64,000 bases of DNA from Escherichia coli. GTDB taxonomy: Bacteria; Pseudomonadota; Gammaproteobacteria; Enterobacterales; Enterobacteriaceae. The stretch lies in the NCBI RefSeq assembly GCF_003334385.1, contig NZ_QOWN01000024.1; one strand, given 5' to 3'. Both the position numbers and the translations under genes were made by a program. The notes beneath the pieces were generated by a model that ran no database searches, was not told where the DNA came from, and saw nothing but the letters and a program-made list of their open reading frames with translations. Below are positions 1 to 11,498 of the stretch, in pieces. How positions within the stretch are numbered: position 1 is the first letter of the stretch; each line of letters starts with the position of its first letter.

Positions 1-290
1 TGATAATTCAAATTAGTCAAAGCGGTCGTCTCCGTCAGTCAAAGCTTTGTGGCGATTATACCTGAACCATAATAAAAGGCGGATTTTTCGGCGTGAGCGT
101 TGTAAGTAAAAGCCATACGCTTTGTGAGACATTGCCGATAGTCTTTATGCGAAATAGCAGAGAAAATTCTGCGATGCATGTCAAATAAGCTATATAAATC
201 AGTGAATTGCTTTTATATAAAACTCTGAAAATGTGCAAATACTGATGGCGGTTGATTGTTTGTTTAAAGCAAAGGCGTAAAGTAACACCC

Positions 291-535
291 ATAGAGCGAG
301 GACGCTAACAGGAACAATGACTCAGGATGAGGGTCAGGAGCGCCAGGAGGCGAAGACAGAGGATTGTCAGGAAGACAAACGTCCGGAGACGTAATTAAAC
401 GGAAATGGAATCAACACGGATTGTTCCGGCTAATGGAAAAACAGGGTGTGTTGGCGGCCTGCAAGGATTGTAAGACCCGTTAAGGGTTATGAGTCAGGAA
501 AAAAGGCGACAGAGTAATCTGTCGCCTTTTTTCTT
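291..535 (+). ncRNA. csrC: CsrC small RNA (CsrA-sequestering)
   Basis: About 245 nt upstream of yihI with many GGA/AGGA motifs (caggatga, caggagcg, caggagg, caggaag, ccggaga) and a terminal hairpin ggcgacagagtaatctgtcgcc plus T-run at 505-532. Position between yihA and yihI matches K-12. 5' end approximate. Confidence 0.75.
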
Positions 536-601
536 TGCTTGCTTTCTGTTAGATTCCGCCGCAAATCTATACTGAATAAAACGGCTAAAAGACGAACCAT
601 T

Positions 602-1108
602 ATGAAACCATCTTCACCATCACGCAGCAAAGGTCATGCAAAAGCGCGTCGCAAAACGCGCGAAGAGCTGAATCAGGAAGCTCGTGACCGCAAGCGTCAG
701 AAAAAACGTCGTGGTCATGCGCCGGGCAGCCGCGCAGCGGGCGGTAACACCACGTCAGGCAGCAAAGGCCAGAACGTACCAAAAGATCCACGTATTGGCA
801 GTAAAACCCCTATTCCATTGGGCGTGACTGAAAAAGTCACCAAACAGCACAAACCGAAGAGTGAGAAACCTATGCTTTCACCGCAGGCGGAGTTGGAGTT
901 ACTGGAAACGGATGAGCGTCTGGATGCGCTGCTGGAACGTCTGGAAGCAGGCGAAACCCTGAGTGCCGAAGAGCAATCCTGGGTGGATGCTAAACTGGAT
1001 CGTATTGATGAGTTGATGCAGAAACTCGGCCTCTCTTATGACGATGACGAAGAAGAGGAAGAAGACGAGAAGCAAGAAGACATGATGCGTCTGCTGCGGG
1101 GCAACTAA
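602..1108 (+). CDS. yihI: Der GTPase-activating protein YihI
   Basis: ORF 539..1108 trimmed to internal ATG giving [22 protein letters not shown]; basic N-terminus and acidic C-terminus typical of YihI. Confidence 0.9.
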   Translation: MKPSSPSRSKGHAKARRKTREELNQEARDRKRQKKRRGHAPGSRAAGGNTTSGSKGQNVPKDPRIGSKTPIPLGVTEKVTKQHKPKSEKPMLSPQAELELLETDERLDALLERLEAGETLSAEEQSWVDAKLDRIDELMQKLGLSYDDDEEEEEDEKQEDMMRLLRGN

Positions 1109-1296
1109 CGGATTGCCGCCGTGGGCCTTCCCGTTCTGCTGATAACCCTTCCGGTTATATGTTATCTGGTGTGGTTATTCGTTAAACTACAGCGGTTGTC
1201 GCGGCGACAAAAGTGGCTGCGCAACCGGCTGATGACCCGAAACGGGCATCCGCCGGTACGCCGTAGCCGCCAGAGACGCCATCGGAAGGAGTGAGC

Positions 1297-2670
1297 ATGT
1301 CTGTACAGCAAATCGACTGGGATCTGGCCCTGATCCAGAAATATAACTATTCCGGGCCACGATACACCTCGTACCCGACCGCGCTGGAGTTTTCAGAAGA
1401 CTTCGGCGAACAGGCGTTTTTACAAGCCGTGGCGCGCTATCCTGAGCGTCCATTATCTCTCTACGTACATATCCCGTTCTGCCATAAGCTTTGTTACTTC
1501 TGCGGTTGCAATAAGATTGTTACTCGCCAGCAGCACAAGGCCGATCAGTATCTGGACGCGCTGGAGCAAGAAATCGTCCATCGTGCACCGCTGTTCGCCG
1601 GGCGTCACGTCAGCCAATTGCACTGGGGCGGCGGAACGCCGACGTATCTGAATAAAGCGCAAATCAGCCGCCTGATGAAGCTGCTGCGCGAAAACTTCCA
1701 GTTCAATGCCGATGCGGAGATTTCGATCGAAGTCGATCCGCGGGAAATCGAACTGGATGTACTCGATCATTTACGCGCCGAAGGCTTTAATCGCCTGAGC
1801 ATGGGCGTGCAGGACTTCAACAAAGAAGTGCAACGTCTGGTTAACCGCGAGCAGGATGAAGAGTTCATCTTTGCACTGCTTAACCATGCGCGTGAGATTG
1901 GTTTTACCTCCACCAACATCGACCTGATTTACGGCCTGCCGAAACAGACGCCGGAGAGTTTCGCCTTTACCCTGAAACGTGTGGCGGAGCTGAACCCCGA
2001 TCGTCTGAGTGTCTTTAACTACGCGCATCTGCCGACCATTTTTGCTGCTCAGCGCAAAATCAAAGATGCTGACCTGCCGAGTCCGCAGCAAAAACTCGAT
2101 ATCCTGCAGGAAACCATCGCCTTCCTGACGCAATCGGGCTATCAGTTTATCGGTATGGATCACTTTGCCCGTCCGGATGACGAGCTGGCGGTGGCCCAGC
2201 GTGAAGGCGTGCTGCATCGTAACTTCCAGGGCTACACCACTCAGGGCGATACCGATCTGCTGGGGATGGGCGTTTCCGCCATCAGCATGATTGGCGACTG
2301 CTACGCGCAGAACCAGAAAGAGTTGAAGCAGTACTATCAGCAAGTGGATGAACAAGGCAATGCGCTGTGGCGTGGTATTGCGCTAACGCGTGATGACTGT
2401 ATTCGCCGCGATGTGATTAAGTCGCTCATCTGCAACTTCCGTCTGGATTACGCCCCTATTGAGAAACAGTGGGATTTGCACTTCGCTGATTACTTTGCGG
2501 AAGATCTCAAGCTGCTCGCCCCGTTAGCAAAAGATGGGCTGGTGGATGTGGATGAGAAGGGAATACAGGTGACGGCGAAAGGTCGCTTGCTGATCCGCAA
2601 CATTTGCATGTGCTTTGATACCTATCTGCGCCAGAAAGCGCGGATGCAGCAGTTCTCTCGGGTGATTTAA
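1297..2670 (+). CDS. hemN: oxygen-independent coproporphyrinogen III oxidase (radical SAM)
   Basis: ORF 1291..2670; from ATG 1297 gives MSVQQIDWDLALIQKYNYSGPRYTSYPTALEF, 457 aa; radical-SAM Cys cluster CHKLCYFCGC present. Confidence 0.95.
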   Translation: MSVQQIDWDLALIQKYNYSGPRYTSYPTALEFSEDFGEQAFLQAVARYPERPLSLYVHIPFCHKLCYFCGCNKIVTRQQHKADQYLDALEQEIVHRAPLFAGRHVSQLHWGGGTPTYLNKAQISRLMKLLRENFQFNADAEISIEVDPREIELDVLDHLRAEGFNRLSMGVQDFNKEVQRLVNREQDEEFIFALLNHAREIGFTSTNIDLIYGLPKQTPESFAFTLKRVAELNPDRLSVFNYAHLPTIFAAQRKIKDADLPSPQQKLDILQETIAFLTQSGYQFIGMDHFARPDDELAVAQREGVLHRNFQGYTTQGDTDLLGMGVSAISMIGDCYAQNQKELKQYYQQVDEQGNALWRGIALTRDDCIRRDVIKSLICNFRLDYAPIEKQWDLHFADYFAEDLKLLAPLAKDGLVDVDEKGIQVTAKGRLLIRNICMCFDTYLRQKARMQQFSRVI

Positions 2671-2737
2671 ATAGTGAATGGCGCTTCGTTTACAAAGTAG
2701 AAAACGAAAGCGCCATCAATGTGCTGAGAACAAGATT

Positions 2738-2866
2738 GCCTGATGCGCTGGGCAACAAAACCTGTTGAAATTATTGCTTTTGTAGGCCGGATAAGGCGTT
2801 TACGCCGCATCAGGCATCTGAGCATGATGCCTGATGCGGCGCTGGTCGCGTCTTATCAGGCCTACG
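2738..2866. repeat. REP/BIME palindromic element cluster
   Basis: gtaggccggataaggcgtttacgccgcatcaggc and inverted copy gcctgatgcggcgctggtcgcgtcttatcaggcctac downstream of hemN. Confidence 0.8.
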
Positions 2867-2898
2867 ACTTTCTCCGCATCCGGCATAAACAACGAGCT

Positions 2899-3009
2899 TC
2901 AGCTAAACAGCCCAATCATCGCGGCACACAGCACGGCAGCAACGGCAGTTTGCGGTGTGTGGCTGTCAACTGCGCCACTCGATACCAGATTAATTATTGA
3001 TTCCAGCAT
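2899..3009 (-). CDS. yshB: small protein YshB (36 aa)
   Basis: Minus-strand ATG at 3009 to TGA at 2899 translates MLESIINLVSSGAVDSHTPQTAVAAVLCAAMIGLFS; below the ORF-track size cutoff; matches remembered K-12 small protein between hemN and glnG. Confidence 0.55.
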   Translation of the reverse strand: MLESIINLVSSGAVDSHTPQTAVAAVLCAAMIGLFS

Positions 3010-3120
3010 AATGACTCTCCCCGTTTTCCGGGCAAGATCATACTGAACTTATCGGAACAGTAAAGCGCAAAATACCAGCAATTTGCGCTCAATAATCAAT
3101 CTTTACACACAAGCCGTGAA

Positions 3121-4530
3121 TCACTCCATCCCCAGCTCTTTTAACTTACGCGTCAGAGTGTTGCGGCCCCAGCCGAGTAGCCGCGCCGCTTCCTGTTTAT
3201 GCCCCTGCGTATGTCGCAACGCGGTCGTCAGTAACGTCCGCTCCAGCTCTGGCTGCGCTTCGGAAAGCAGATTTTGATGACCGGAACGTAGCGCTCTGTC
3301 TGCCCACTGCGCAAGAAGCGTCGCCCAACTGTCCGGTTGCATTTGCGAAGTACTCTCCGCAACCGTTGATTCAAACAGTTCGCCAGGCAAATCCTGAATC
3401 AACACTTCCTGTCCGGCAGCCATTACCGTTAGCCAGCGGCAGGTGTTTTCCAGCTGGCGCACGTTGCCTGGCCACGCCAGACGCGTCAACGCGGCTTCGG
3501 TTTCCGGATGCAGCAACTTCGCTTCTACGCCCAGTTCTCGCGCGGCAACCTGTAAAAAATGGCGCGCCAGGCGGGGAATATCTTCCCGACGCTCACGCAG
3601 CGGCGGCAGATGAACGCGGATAACGTTCAGGCGGTGGAACAGATCCTCACGGAACTTACCTTCCTGCACCCGCTGTTCGAGATTCTGGTGAGTGGCAGCG
3701 ATAATCCGCACATCCACTTTCACCGGCGCATAGCCGCCAACGCGGTAAAACTGGCCGTCTGCCAGCACGCGCAGCAAACGCGTCTGCACATCCAGCGGCA
3801 TATCGCCAATTTCATCGAGAAATAATGTACCGCCATCAGCCTGTTCAAAACGCCCCTGACGAATGGTATTCGCGCCGGTAAACGCGCCTTTCTCGTGACC
3901 AAACAGTTCTGATTCGATCAAATCCTTCGGGATAGCCGCCATATTCAGAGCGATAAATGGCGCTTTGGCTCGCGGACTGTGGCGATGCAGGGCATGAGCG
4001 ACCAGTTCTTTACCGGTGCCGGATTCGCCGTTAATCAGCACGCTAATAGAAGAACGCGAAAGCCGACCGATAATACGGAACACGTCCTGCATGGCTGGCG
4101 CTTCGCCGATGATATCGGTCGTTGGGCCGTTAAGCTGAACATTACGCGGCTGCTGCTGTTCCTGGTAATGACTGATGGCGCGCTCAACCAGCGCCACGGC
4201 TTCGTCGATATCAAACGGTTTGGGCAGATAATCAAACGCCCCTTGTTGATAGGCGCTGACGGCAGCATCCAGATCGGAATGTGCGGTCATAATGATGACC
4301 GGAAGCATCGGATGGCGCTGTTTAATCTGCTTGAGCAGCGCCAGCCCGTCCATTCCCGGCATACGGATATCTGAAAGCAGCACATCCGGCGTTTTGCTCG
4401 CCAGCGCCTCCAGTACCTCCGCGCCGTTCTCAAATGTCGTACAGGTTAAACCCGCTCCAGCGAGCGCACGTTCAAGCACCCAACGGATGGAACTATCGTC
4501 ATCGACTACCCAGACTATCCCTCGTTGCAT
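3121..4530 (-). CDS. glnG: nitrogen regulation response regulator NtrC (sigma54 activator)
   Basis: ORF 3121..4590 trimmed to ATG at 4530 ([23 protein letters not shown]), 469 aa; receiver domain, AAA+ sigma54-interaction motif [11 protein letters not shown]-terminal HTH. Confidence 0.95.
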   Translation of the reverse strand: MQRGIVWVVDDDSSIRWVLERALAGAGLTCTTFENGAEVLEALASKTPDVLLSDIRMPGMDGLALLKQIKQRHPMLPVIIMTAHSDLDAAVSAYQQGAFDYLPKPFDIDEAVALVERAISHYQEQQQPRNVQLNGPTTDIIGEAPAMQDVFRIIGRLSRSSISVLINGESGTGKELVAHALHRHSPRAKAPFIALNMAAIPKDLIESELFGHEKGAFTGANTIRQGRFEQADGGTLFLDEIGDMPLDVQTRLLRVLADGQFYRVGGYAPVKVDVRIIAATHQNLEQRVQEGKFREDLFHRLNVIRVHLPPLRERREDIPRLARHFLQVAARELGVEAKLLHPETEAALTRLAWPGNVRQLENTCRWLTVMAAGQEVLIQDLPGELFESTVAESTSQMQPDSWATLLAQWADRALRSGHQNLLSEAQPELERTLLTTALRHTQGHKQEAARLLGWGRNTLTRKLKELGME

Positions 4531-4541
4531 AAACGTCACCT

Positions 4542-5591
4542 TTATTTCCTGATAGGCAGGTAAACCGAGAACTCGGTATGCCCTGGCCAACTGGTAAATT
4601 CAATTTTGCCTGAATGCTGATCAATCAAATTACGAGCGATGGATAAGCCAAGCCCGGTGCCACCTTCGCGGCCGCTGACCATCGGGTAAAACAGCGTATC
4701 CTGCAAATGAGGCGGAATGCCTGGCCCGTTATCTTCCACATCAATCCGCGCCGCCAGCCGGTAGCGTTCGCCGTGTAAGGTCAGTTGAAACGCGGTGCGG
4801 GTACGCAGAATGATTTCACCGCCTTCCGGCCCCAGCGCCTGTAGCGCATTGCGCACAATATTCAGCAAGACCTGTTCAATTTGATCCGGGTCGTGCGCCA
4901 GTTCTGGCAGGCTGGGGTCGTAATCACGAATCAACCGCACGTTGTCCGGCAGTTCCATCGACACCAGCGTTACCACGCGTTCAGCCACTTTGTGAATACT
5001 TTCGGTAACGCGCGTACCGGGCAGCTGCGGCCCCAACAGACGGTCGACCAGATTTCGCAGCCGGTCCGCCTGTTCGATAATCACTTTGGTATATTCGAGT
5101 AGTGATGGGTCAGGTAACGCTTTGCTGAGCAGCTGCGCCGCGCCACGTAAACCGCCAAGCGGATTTTTAATCTCATGTGCCAGGCCGCGCACTAAATCAC
5201 GGGCAGCAACCTGCTGGGCGTGCTGTAGCTGTTCCTGACTTAAGCGGCGCTGGTTATCCATCGGAGCCATCTCCAGCAGGATCATGCCGTCCGGCATACG
5301 CTGGGCCGTCACAGAAAGGATATGCGAGCGCCCGTCGATGACCAGCGTCACTTCGTTATCGGTAAAACCTTGCCCCGCCTCCAGACTTTCTTGCATCAGC
5401 TCGATATTTAATGAGAAGTAGCTCAACAGTTCCGGTAACGGTGTACCAAACAATTTGCGGGAGCTTTGGGCGAGCAGTTGTTGCGCGGCGGGGTTGGCGT
5501 AATGGATCGCCAGGTTGTCATCGATTAACAAAATACTGTTAATCAGCGAGTTGAGGATCTGCCCAGCATCGGGCTGCGTGCCTGTTGCCAT
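4542..5591 (-). CDS. glnL: nitrogen regulation sensor histidine kinase NtrB
   Basis: 349-aa ORF; H-box [12 protein letters not shown]-binding G-boxes (DNGPGI, GTGLGL). Confidence 0.95.
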
Positions 5592-5678
5592 AAAGCAGTC
5601 TCCTGAACAGGTTGCACCATTTTAGTGCATTATAGCTTTTTACGGATAAAAAGCGCGAAGCATCAGAGAATTGACGGA

Positions 5679-5876
5679 GAAAAAAGCCCATGCAGAGATG
5701 GGCTACAGATAGCTGACAAACTTCACGTTGGAGAGCGACTCACCTGCTCCGGCCTACCACATCATCACCGTGTAGGCCGGATAAGACGCATTTGCGTCGC
5801 ATCCGGCGTGATGTGCTTGCCACCGATCCCAGGCCTGCCAGAGACAGGCGAAAAGTTTCCACGGCAACTAAAACAC
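5679..5876 (-). ncRNA. glnA 3'UTR, candidate GlnZ-type 3'UTR-derived sRNA
   Basis: Minus-strand hairpin gcccatctctgcatgggc plus T-run (plus coords 5680-5704) about 195 nt downstream of the glnA stop; the 3'UTR includes a REP-like palindrome. sRNA status inferred from position only. Confidence 0.3.
5751..5838. repeat. REP palindromic element(s) in glnA-glnL intergenic region
   Basis: ggcctaccacatcatcaccgtgtaggccggataagacgcatttgcgtcgcatccggcg with REP core motifs. Confidence 0.7.
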
Positions 5877-7286
5877 TTAGACGCTGTAGTACAGCTCAAA
5901 CTCTACCGGATGCGGAGTCATACGCACGCGGTCATCTTCTTCGCGACGCAGTGCGATGTACGCATCAATTGCTTCGTCAGTGAACACGCCACCGGCTTTC
6001 AGGAACTCGCGGTCCAGATCCAGTTCGTTCAGTGCTTCTTCCAGAGAGCCTGCAACCTGTGGGATCTCTTTCGCTTCTTCTGGCGGCAGGTCATACAGGT
6101 TTTTGTCCATGGCTTCGCCCGGATGGATCTTGTTCTTGATACCATCAAGACCGGCCATCAGCAGGGCAGCAAAGCACAGGTACGGGTTAGCTGCCGGATC
6201 CGGGAAACGTACTTCGATACGACGTGCTTTCGGAGAAGAAACCACCGGAATACGGATAGACGCAGAACGGTTACGCGCAGAGTAAGCCAGCATTACCGGT
6301 GCTTCATAGCCCGGGACCAGACGCTTATAAGAGTTGGTGGTCGGGTTTGCCAGGGCGTTAATCGCTTTAGCGTGTTTGATTACGCCGCCAATGTAGTACA
6401 GCGCCTGCTCAGACAGACCTGCGTATTTGTCGCCTGCGAACAGGTTAACGCCGTTTTTAGACAGAGACATGTGGCAGTGCATACCGGAGCCGTTATCACC
6501 GAACATCGGTTTTGGCATAAAGGTCGCGGTTTTACCGAAGCGGTGCGCTACGTTGTGCACAACATATTTGTAGATCTGAATTTCGTCAGCTTTTTTGGTC
6601 ATGGTATTGAAGCGGGTAGCCACTTCGTTCTGACCAGCAGTCGCTACTTCGTGGTGATGGGCTTCAACCACCAGGCCCATCTGTTCCATCACCAGACACA
6701 TTTCAGAACGAATATCCTGAGCAGAGTCTACCGGCGGAACCGGGAAGTAACCGCCTTTCACTGCCGGACGGTGACCTTTGTTACCACCTTCATATTGGGT
6801 GGAGGAGTTCCATGCGCCTTCGATATCGTCGATAGCAACGTGAGAACCGGAGATAGATGATCCGAAACGGATGTCATCGAACAGGAAGAATTCAGGTTCT
6901 GGCCCGAACAGTACGGTGTCGGCAATGCCAGTGGAACGCAGGTAATCTTCGGCGCGCTTCGCAATGGAGCGCGGGTCACGGTCATAGCCTTGCAGGGTGC
7001 CAGGTTCAAGGATGTCGCAACGGATAATCAGGGTGGAGTCGGCGAAGAACGGGTCAATCACTGCGGTGGATGCGTCTGGCATCAGCACCATGTCGGACTC
7101 GTTAATGCCTTTCCAGCCGCCAATCGAGGAGCCGTCAAACATTTTGCCTTCTTCGAAGAATTCAGCATTCACCTGATGAGCAGGGATAGTGACGTGCTGT
7201 TCTTTACCTTTAGTATCGGTGAAGCGCAAATCAACAAACTTCACTTCGTGCTCGTTCAGCATCGTCAGTACGTGTTCAGCGGACAT
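5877..7286 (-). CDS. glnA: glutamine synthetase
   Basis: 469-aa [38 protein letters not shown]; adenylylation-site region NLYDLP present. Confidence 0.97.
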
Positions 7287-7367
7287 ACTTTAACTCTCCT
7301 GGATTGGTCATGGTCGTCGTGGTAACGAAATCTGCAATTATTTTGGCCGTGTCGCCGTAAAAAAGAT

Positions 7368-7388
7368 AAAGCGAAATCTGTGCCAACT
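7368..7388 (-). promoter_or_regulatory. glnAp2 sigma54 (-24/-12) promoter
   Basis: Minus strand reads TTGGCACAGATTTCGCT (GG-N10-GC spacing) about 75 bp upstream of the glnA start. Confidence 0.8.
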
Positions 7389-7454
7389 TTTAAATTGCCC
7401 CTAAAAGGCGTTATCATGCGCACCATCGTGCAAAAGGGCTGCACCACGATGTGA

Positions 7455-7512
7455 ACGTTGCACCAATATAGTGCTTCAATGGAAACATTAAGCACCATGT
7501 TGGTGCAATGAC
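7455..7512 (-). promoter_or_regulatory. NtrC enhancer binding sites upstream of glnA
   Basis: Palindromic GCACCAtgtTGGTGC at about 7495-7509 and TGCACCAatataGTGC at about 7459-7474, roughly -140 and -108 relative to glnAp2. Confidence 0.7.
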
Positions 7513-7658
7513 CTTTGGATAACCCTTTTTATGCTCCGTGAAAGCGATCACAAAGGGACTCTGCAATACTTGTTTGCGGAGGATGTTTGTGATCCTGTTT
7601 TGTAGTGCGATTAATCCGTGTACAATAACGCGCTATTTCTAATGCCTGAGGCAAAGTT

Positions 7659-9482
7659 GTGATCGAAAAATTGCGTAATATCGCCATCATCGCGCACGTA
7701 GACCATGGTAAAACTACCCTGGTAGACAAGCTGCTCCAACAATCCGGTACGTTCGACTCTCGTGCCGAAACCCAAGAGCGCGTGATGGACTCCAACGATT
7801 TGGAGAAAGAGCGTGGGATTACCATCCTCGCGAAAAACACCGCTATCAAATGGAATGATTACCGTATCAACATCGTTGATACCCCGGGGCACGCCGACTT
7901 CGGTGGTGAAGTTGAACGTGTAATGTCCATGGTAGACTCAGTGCTGCTGGTGGTTGACGCATTTGACGGCCCGATGCCGCAAACGCGCTTCGTAACCAAA
8001 AAAGCGTTTGCTTACGGCCTGAAGCCGATTGTTGTTATCAACAAAGTTGACCGCCCTGGCGCGCGTCCTGATTGGGTTGTGGATCAGGTATTCGATCTGT
8101 TCGTTAACCTCGACGCGACCGACGAGCAGCTGGACTTCCCGATCGTTTACGCTTCTGCGCTGAACGGTATCGCGGGTCTGGACCACGAAGATATGGCGGA
8201 AGACATGACCCCGCTGTACCAGGCGATTGTTGACCACGTTCCTGCGCCGGACGTTGACCTTGACGGTCCGTTCCAGATGCAGATTTCTCAGCTCGATTAC
8301 AACAGCTATGTTGGCGTTATCGGCATTGGCCGCATCAAGCGCGGTAAAGTGAAGCCGAACCAGCAGGTCACTATCATCGATAGCGAAGGCAAAACCCGCA
8401 ACGCGAAAGTCGGTAAAGTGCTGGGCCACCTCGGTCTGGAACGTATCGAAACCGACCTGGCGGAAGCTGGCGATATCGTGGCGATCACGGGCCTGGGCGA
8501 ACTGAACATTTCTGACACCGTTTGCGACACGCAAAACGTTGAAGCGCTGCCGGCACTCTCCGTTGATGAGCCGACCGTTTCTATGTTCTTCTGCGTTAAC
8601 ACCTCGCCGTTCTGCGGTAAAGAAGGTAAGTTCGTAACGTCTCGTCAGATCCTGGATCGTCTGAACAAAGAACTGGTACACAACGTTGCGCTGCGCGTAG
8701 AAGAAACCGAAGACGCCGATGCGTTCCGCGTTTCTGGTCGTGGCGAACTGCACCTGTCTGTTCTGATCGAAAACATGCGTCGTGAAGGTTTCGAACTGGC
8801 GGTATCCCGTCCGAAAGTAATCTTCCGTGAAATCGACGGTCGTAAACAAGAGCCGTATGAAAACGTGACGCTGGACGTTGAAGAACAGCATCAGGGTTCT
8901 GTGATGCAGGCGCTGGGCGAACGTAAAGGCGACCTGAAAAACATGAATCCAGACGGTAAAGGCCGCGTACGTCTCGACTACGTGATCCCAAGCCGTGGTC
9001 TGATTGGCTTCCGTTCTGAGTTCATGACCATGACTTCCGGTACTGGTCTGCTGTACTCCACCTTCAGCCACTACGACGACGTACGTCCGGGTGAAGTGGG
9101 CCAGCGTCAGAACGGCGTACTGATCTCTAACGGTCAGGGTAAAGCGGTCGCGTTCGCGCTGTTCGGTCTGCAGGATCGCGGTAAGCTGTTCCTCGGTCAC
9201 GGTGCAGAAGTTTACGAAGGTCAGATTATCGGTATTCATAGCCGCTCTAACGACCTGACGGTAAACTGCCTGACCGGTAAGAAACTGACCAACATGCGTG
9301 CTTCCGGTACTGACGAAGCCGTTGTTCTGGTTCCGCCTATCCGCATGACTCTGGAACAAGCTCTGGAGTTCATCGATGATGACGAACTGGTAGAAGTGAC
9401 TCCAACCTCTATCCGTATTCGTAAACGTCACCTGACGGAAAACGATCGTCGTCGCGCTAACCGCGCACCGAAAGACGATTAA
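7659..9482 (+). CDS. typA: ribosome-associated translational GTPase BipA/TypA
   Basis: 607-aa ORF with GTG start; [27 protein letters not shown]-domain motifs [18 protein letters not shown]. Confidence 0.97.
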   Translation: MIEKLRNIAIIAHVDHGKTTLVDKLLQQSGTFDSRAETQERVMDSNDLEKERGITILAKNTAIKWNDYRINIVDTPGHADFGGEVERVMSMVDSVLLVVDAFDGPMPQTRFVTKKAFAYGLKPIVVINKVDRPGARPDWVVDQVFDLFVNLDATDEQLDFPIVYASALNGIAGLDHEDMAEDMTPLYQAIVDHVPAPDVDLDGPFQMQISQLDYNSYVGVIGIGRIKRGKVKPNQQVTIIDSEGKTRNAKVGKVLGHLGLERIETDLAEAGDIVAITGLGELNISDTVCDTQNVEALPALSVDEPTVSMFFCVNTSPFCGKEGKFVTSRQILDRLNKELVHNVALRVEETEDADAFRVSGRGELHLSVLIENMRREGFELAVSRPKVIFREIDGRKQEPYENVTLDVEEQHQGSVMQALGERKGDLKNMNPDGKGRVRLDYVIPSRGLIGFRSEFMTMTSGTGLLYSTFSHYDDVRPGEVGQRQNGVLISNGQGKAVAFALFGLQDRGKLFLGHGAEVYEGQIIGIHSRSNDLTVNCLTGKKLTNMRASGTDEAVVLVPPIRMTLEQALEFIDDDELVEVTPTSIRIRKRHLTENDRRRANRAPKDD

Positions 9483-9499
9483 TTTCGTTTTTTAGTTAT

Positions 9500-9532
9500 A
9501 AAAAACCTGCCATCGCTGGCAGGTTTTTTTTT
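9500..9532 (+). terminator. rho-independent terminator after typA
   Basis: Hairpin cctgccatcgctggcagg followed by a T9 run. Confidence 0.8.
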
Positions 9533-9698
9533 ACCTGTCGTGAGCGCACACCAATGCGAGTATCTCCCTTATAAGTCTGTGATTACGTCAATAGAGAGCT
9601 TTGTCACAATTATCTGCAAAGTCATACACCGTTAATTGCTTTCTTTTTTGGCGTAAGCGTAAGATGCTTCATCTGGTTTAAACCAAAAGGATTAAACA

Positions 9699-10409
9699 AT
9701 GGCGGAGAATCAATCCACCGTAGAAAATGCAAAAGAGAAACTGGATCGGTGGTTGAAAGATGGCATCACCACGCCGGGTGGAAAACTCCCTTCAGAAAGA
9801 GAGCTGGGAGAACTGCTGGGCATTAAACGTATGACGCTGCGCCAGGCGTTGTTGAACCTCGAGGCAGAATCCAAAATCTTCCGTAAGGATCGTAAGGGGT
9901 GGTTCGTGACCCAGCCGCGATTTAATTACAGTCCGGAGCTGTCAGCGAGCTTTCAGCGGGCCGCAATTGAGCAAGGACGAGAGCCTTCCTGGGGGTTTAC
10001 CGAGAAAAACCGTACCAGCGATATTCCCGAGACGCTCGCGCCACTGATTGCAGTGACACCATCAACTGAACTCTATCGCATCACCGGCTGGGGGGCGCTG
10101 GAAGGACATAAAGTTTTCTATCACGAAACATATATTAATCCTGAAGTTGCTCCGGGTTTTATTGAACAACTTGAAAACCACTCATTTTCTGCAGTCTGGG
10201 AAAAGTGCTACCAAAAAGAGACGGTAGTAAAAAAATTGATTTTCAAACCCGTCAGAATGCCGGGCGATATCAGCAAGTATCTTGGCGGTTCTGCGGGTAT
10301 GCCAGCGATCTTAATTGAAAAGCATCGCGCCGACCAGCAAGGCAATATTGTCCAGATAGATATTGAATATTGGCGATTTGAGGCCGTAGACCTCATCATT
10401 AATCTGTAG
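9699..10409 (+). CDS. yihL: GntR-family transcriptional regulator
   Basis: 236-aa ORF; N-terminal wHTH (LPSERELGELLGIKRMTLRQAL); position after typA as in K-12. Confidence 0.85.
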   Translation: MAENQSTVENAKEKLDRWLKDGITTPGGKLPSERELGELLGIKRMTLRQALLNLEAESKIFRKDRKGWFVTQPRFNYSPELSASFQRAAIEQGREPSWGFTEKNRTSDIPETLAPLIAVTPSTELYRITGWGALEGHKVFYHETYINPEVAPGFIEQLENHSFSAVWEKCYQKETVVKKLIFKPVRMPGDISKYLGGSAGMPAILIEKHRADQQGNIVQIDIEYWRFEAVDLIINL

Positions 10410-10416
10410 GTGTTTT

Positions 10417-11397
10417 ATGATGACAATAAATAACGCAAGAAAGATTCTACAACGTGTCGACACTCTTCCTCTTTATTTACATGCTTATGCCTTTCATTTA
10501 AATATGCGGCTGGAAAGAGTGTTGCCTGCTGATTTACTTGATATCGCAAGTGAAAATAATCTACGTGGCGTCAAAATCCATGTTCTGGATGGCGAGCGTT
10601 TTTCTCTTGGTAATATGGACGATAAAGAACTCTCTGCCTTTGGAGATAAAGCCCGCCGTCTGAACCTTGATATTCATATTGAAACCAGCGCCTCAGATAA
10701 GGCATCTATTGACGAAGCCGTCGCCATCGCGTTGAAAACTGGGGCATCGTCCGTACGTTTTTATCCACGTTATGAAGGTAATTTGCGCGACGTATTATCG
10801 ATTATCGCTAACGACATTGCCTATGTACGGGAAACGTATCAGGACTGCGGCCTGACTTTTACGATTGAGCAGCATGAAGATTTAAAAAGTCATGAGCTGG
10901 TGTCGCTGGTCAAAGAAAGTGAGATGGAGTCTCTTTCCTTACTGTTTGATTTTGCGAACATGATCAATGCAAATGAGCATCCCATCGACGCCTTAAAAAC
11001 GATGGCACCGCATATTACCCAGGTCCATATTAAAGATGCCTTGATCGTTAAAGAACAGGGTGGCCTGGGTCATAAAGCCTGTATTTCAGGTCAGGGTGAT
11101 ATGCCGTTCAAAGCGTTATTAACGCACCTTATCTGCCTTGGTGATGATGAGCCGCAGGTGACGGCATATGGCCTGGAAGAAGAGGTTGATTACTATGCGC
11201 CGGCGTTCCGCTTTGAAGACGAAGATGATAATCCGTGGATCCCTTATCGCCAGATGAGTGAAACACCCCTACCAGAAAATCATTTACTGGATGCGCGGTT
11301 ACGTAAAGAAAAAGAAGATGCAATTAATCAGATAAATCATGTGCGTAACGTACTACAACAAATCAAACAAGAGGCAAACCATCTTCTGAACCACTAA
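10417..11397 (+). CDS. yihM: sugar-phosphate isomerase/epimerase-like TIM-barrel protein
   Basis: 326-aa ORF; conserved position between yihL and yihN. Confidence 0.8.
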   Translation: MMTINNARKILQRVDTLPLYLHAYAFHLNMRLERVLPADLLDIASENNLRGVKIHVLDGERFSLGNMDDKELSAFGDKARRLNLDIHIETSASDKASIDEAVAIALKTGASSVRFYPRYEGNLRDVLSIIANDIAYVRETYQDCGLTFTIEQHEDLKSHELVSLVKESEMESLSLLFDFANMINANEHPIDALKTMAPHITQVHIKDALIVKEQGGLGHKACISGQGDMPFKALLTHLICLGDDEPQVTAYGLEEEVDYYAPAFRFEDEDDNPWIPYRQMSETPLPENHLLDARLRKEKEDAINQINHVRNVLQQIKQEANHLLNH

Positions 11398-11498
11398 TAA
11401 GTTTTAACTCATACGCAGTTAATAAAACCATTCTATATGAATGGTCGGTATCTTATTGCCTTTAAAACAGTGATTTTAAAAATCGCTTAGGGGATGTT

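Noticed and set aside
56-292. 78-aa minus-strand ORF upstream of csrC
   Set aside because: Lies in the AT-rich csrC promoter and leader; no SD or recognisable protein features; most likely non-coding.
1771-2355. 194-aa minus-strand ORF inside hemN
   Set aside because: Antisense shadow ORF; hemN on the + strand carries the radical-SAM motif and a full-length match.
5625-6860. 411-aa plus-strand ORF overlapping the glnA-glnL region
   Set aside because: Antisense to glnA, with Arg/Cys/His-rich composition typical of reverse-frame translation of a highly expressed gene; glnA identity on the minus strand is unambiguous.
7938-9431. 497-aa minus-strand ORF antisense to typA
   Set aside because: Shadow ORF. 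The + strand frame gives a full-length BipA/TypA with canonical GTPase motifs, while the antisense translation is low-complexity and R/V/F-rich with no recognisable domain.
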